DNA from: an uncultured Chloroflexia bacterium
GTDB taxonomy: Bacteria; Chloroflexota; Ktedonobacteria; Ktedonobacterales; JADMIN01
NCBI GenBank assembly: GCA_963718915.1
Contig: CAVRAI010000004.1
Coordinates: 420,001 to 452,000 of the forward strand
DNA length: 32,000 nucleotides
Direction: 5' to 3'
Both the position numbers and the translations under genes were made by a program. The stretch's first letter is position 1; every line of letters begins with the position of its first letter. The notes below the pieces were generated by a model. The model had not been told where the DNA came from. It searched no databases and worked only from the letters and a program-made list of their open reading frames with translations. Of the stretch, positions 31,556 through 32,000 are shown one piece after another.

Positions 31556-32000
31556 ATGCTGTATAAAACTGCGTTCATGAGCCATGCACATGCTGATAAC
31601 GCCAAGTGCGATCCCTATGCGGATGTTTTGCAGAAACGTGGCATCAGCCTTTATTATGACCGCGCTAATCCACAGGTTGGCCGTGACCTCGGCATAACGC
31701 TGGAGCGTGAAATCCAGCAGGCCAACGCTTTGATCGTGATGGTGACTCCTTCAGCGCTCAAATCTTTTTGGGTAACTGAAGAAATCAGCATGTTCTTCTC
31801 ACTCATGGCACAGGATCCGTCGCGATTGCTGATCCCGGTGAAGCTGGAGCCTTGCCAATTGCCGCCCCGCCTTGCTGCCCGATGGTGGATTGATGCGACA
31901 ACTCTGCCAATGCCGCAGGTGGTGGATCAATTGGCCAAAGCGCTCGAAGTGGCAGGCCCACCGTTCGTTTCATCGCCTGCACCGTCGCCTTCTGTGCGCC
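31556..32000 (+). CDS. TIR-domain protein, paralog of 29101..30789 (3' end beyond window)
   Basis: Open-ended and not in the ORF track. GAGGA lies 9 nt upstream. MLYKTAFMSHAHADNAKCDPYADVLQKRGISLYYDR...LIVMVTPSALKSFWVTEEISMFF...VAGPPFVSSPAPSPSVR is roughly 45% identical by eye to the other TIR module and enters a Pro-rich linker at the edge. Confidence 0.85.
   Translation, partial: MLYKTAFMSHAHADNAKCDPYADVLQKRGISLYYDRANPQVGRDLGITLEREIQQANALIVMVTPSALKSFWVTEEISMFFSLMAQDPSRLLIPVKLEPCQLPPRLAARWWIDATTLPMPQVVDQLAKALEVAGPPFVSSPAPSPSVR

Noticed and set aside
1-32000. Search for tRNA, rRNA, transposase, integrase and phage structural genes
   Set aside because: By eye I found no cloverleaf-compatible GTTCGAATC-type T-arm motifs in the intergenic regions, no rRNA-like stretches and no DDE or tyrosine-recombinase motifs. 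A tRNAscan, Infernal or ISfinder run would be needed to be certain.

Overview
High-GC (roughly 60-65% by eye) bacterial chromosomal segment. Gene content (many WD40/TPR/TIR proteins, Pro-rich linkers, an intein in dnaE) suggests a filamentous Chloroflexota/Ktedonobacteria-like organism, but this taxonomic guess is low-confidence inference. About 30 genes are supportable. Positions 1-19 kb hold ordinary or lightly accessory content: two tandem paralogous exported Gly-rich proteins, two MFS transporters, a glycolipid-binding-family protein, lipoproteins, a SAM methyltransferase, rarA, GrpB, an alpha/beta hydrolase, a MerR/SnoaL/quinone-oxidoreductase cluster, and a Zn-ribbon-PrsW protease operon. 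Positions 19.3-23.8 kb hold dnaE, which carries an intein at the GYGFNK/SHAAAY site. The intein has a Vsr/DUF559-like (not LAGLIDADG) nuclease insert, and its coding frame is broken in a way no single indel can repair, so a split or fractured arrangement is possible. Positions 24.3-32 kb form the most interesting region, a TIR-domain cluster. It contains a membrane-anchored TIR-NB-ARC-TPR STAND gene with at least five frame disruptions. It also contains an intact TIR-TM-WD40 gene with an inverted Toll-like-receptor topology and a Tat-like RRxFL signal-anchor. A second TIR paralog at the window edge shares a conserved promoter block. About ten frame disruptions occur in the window, half of them in the STAND gene, so assembly indel error and genuine decay must be separated before biological conclusions are drawn. 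I recognised no rRNA, tRNA, CRISPR array, transposase or integrase.
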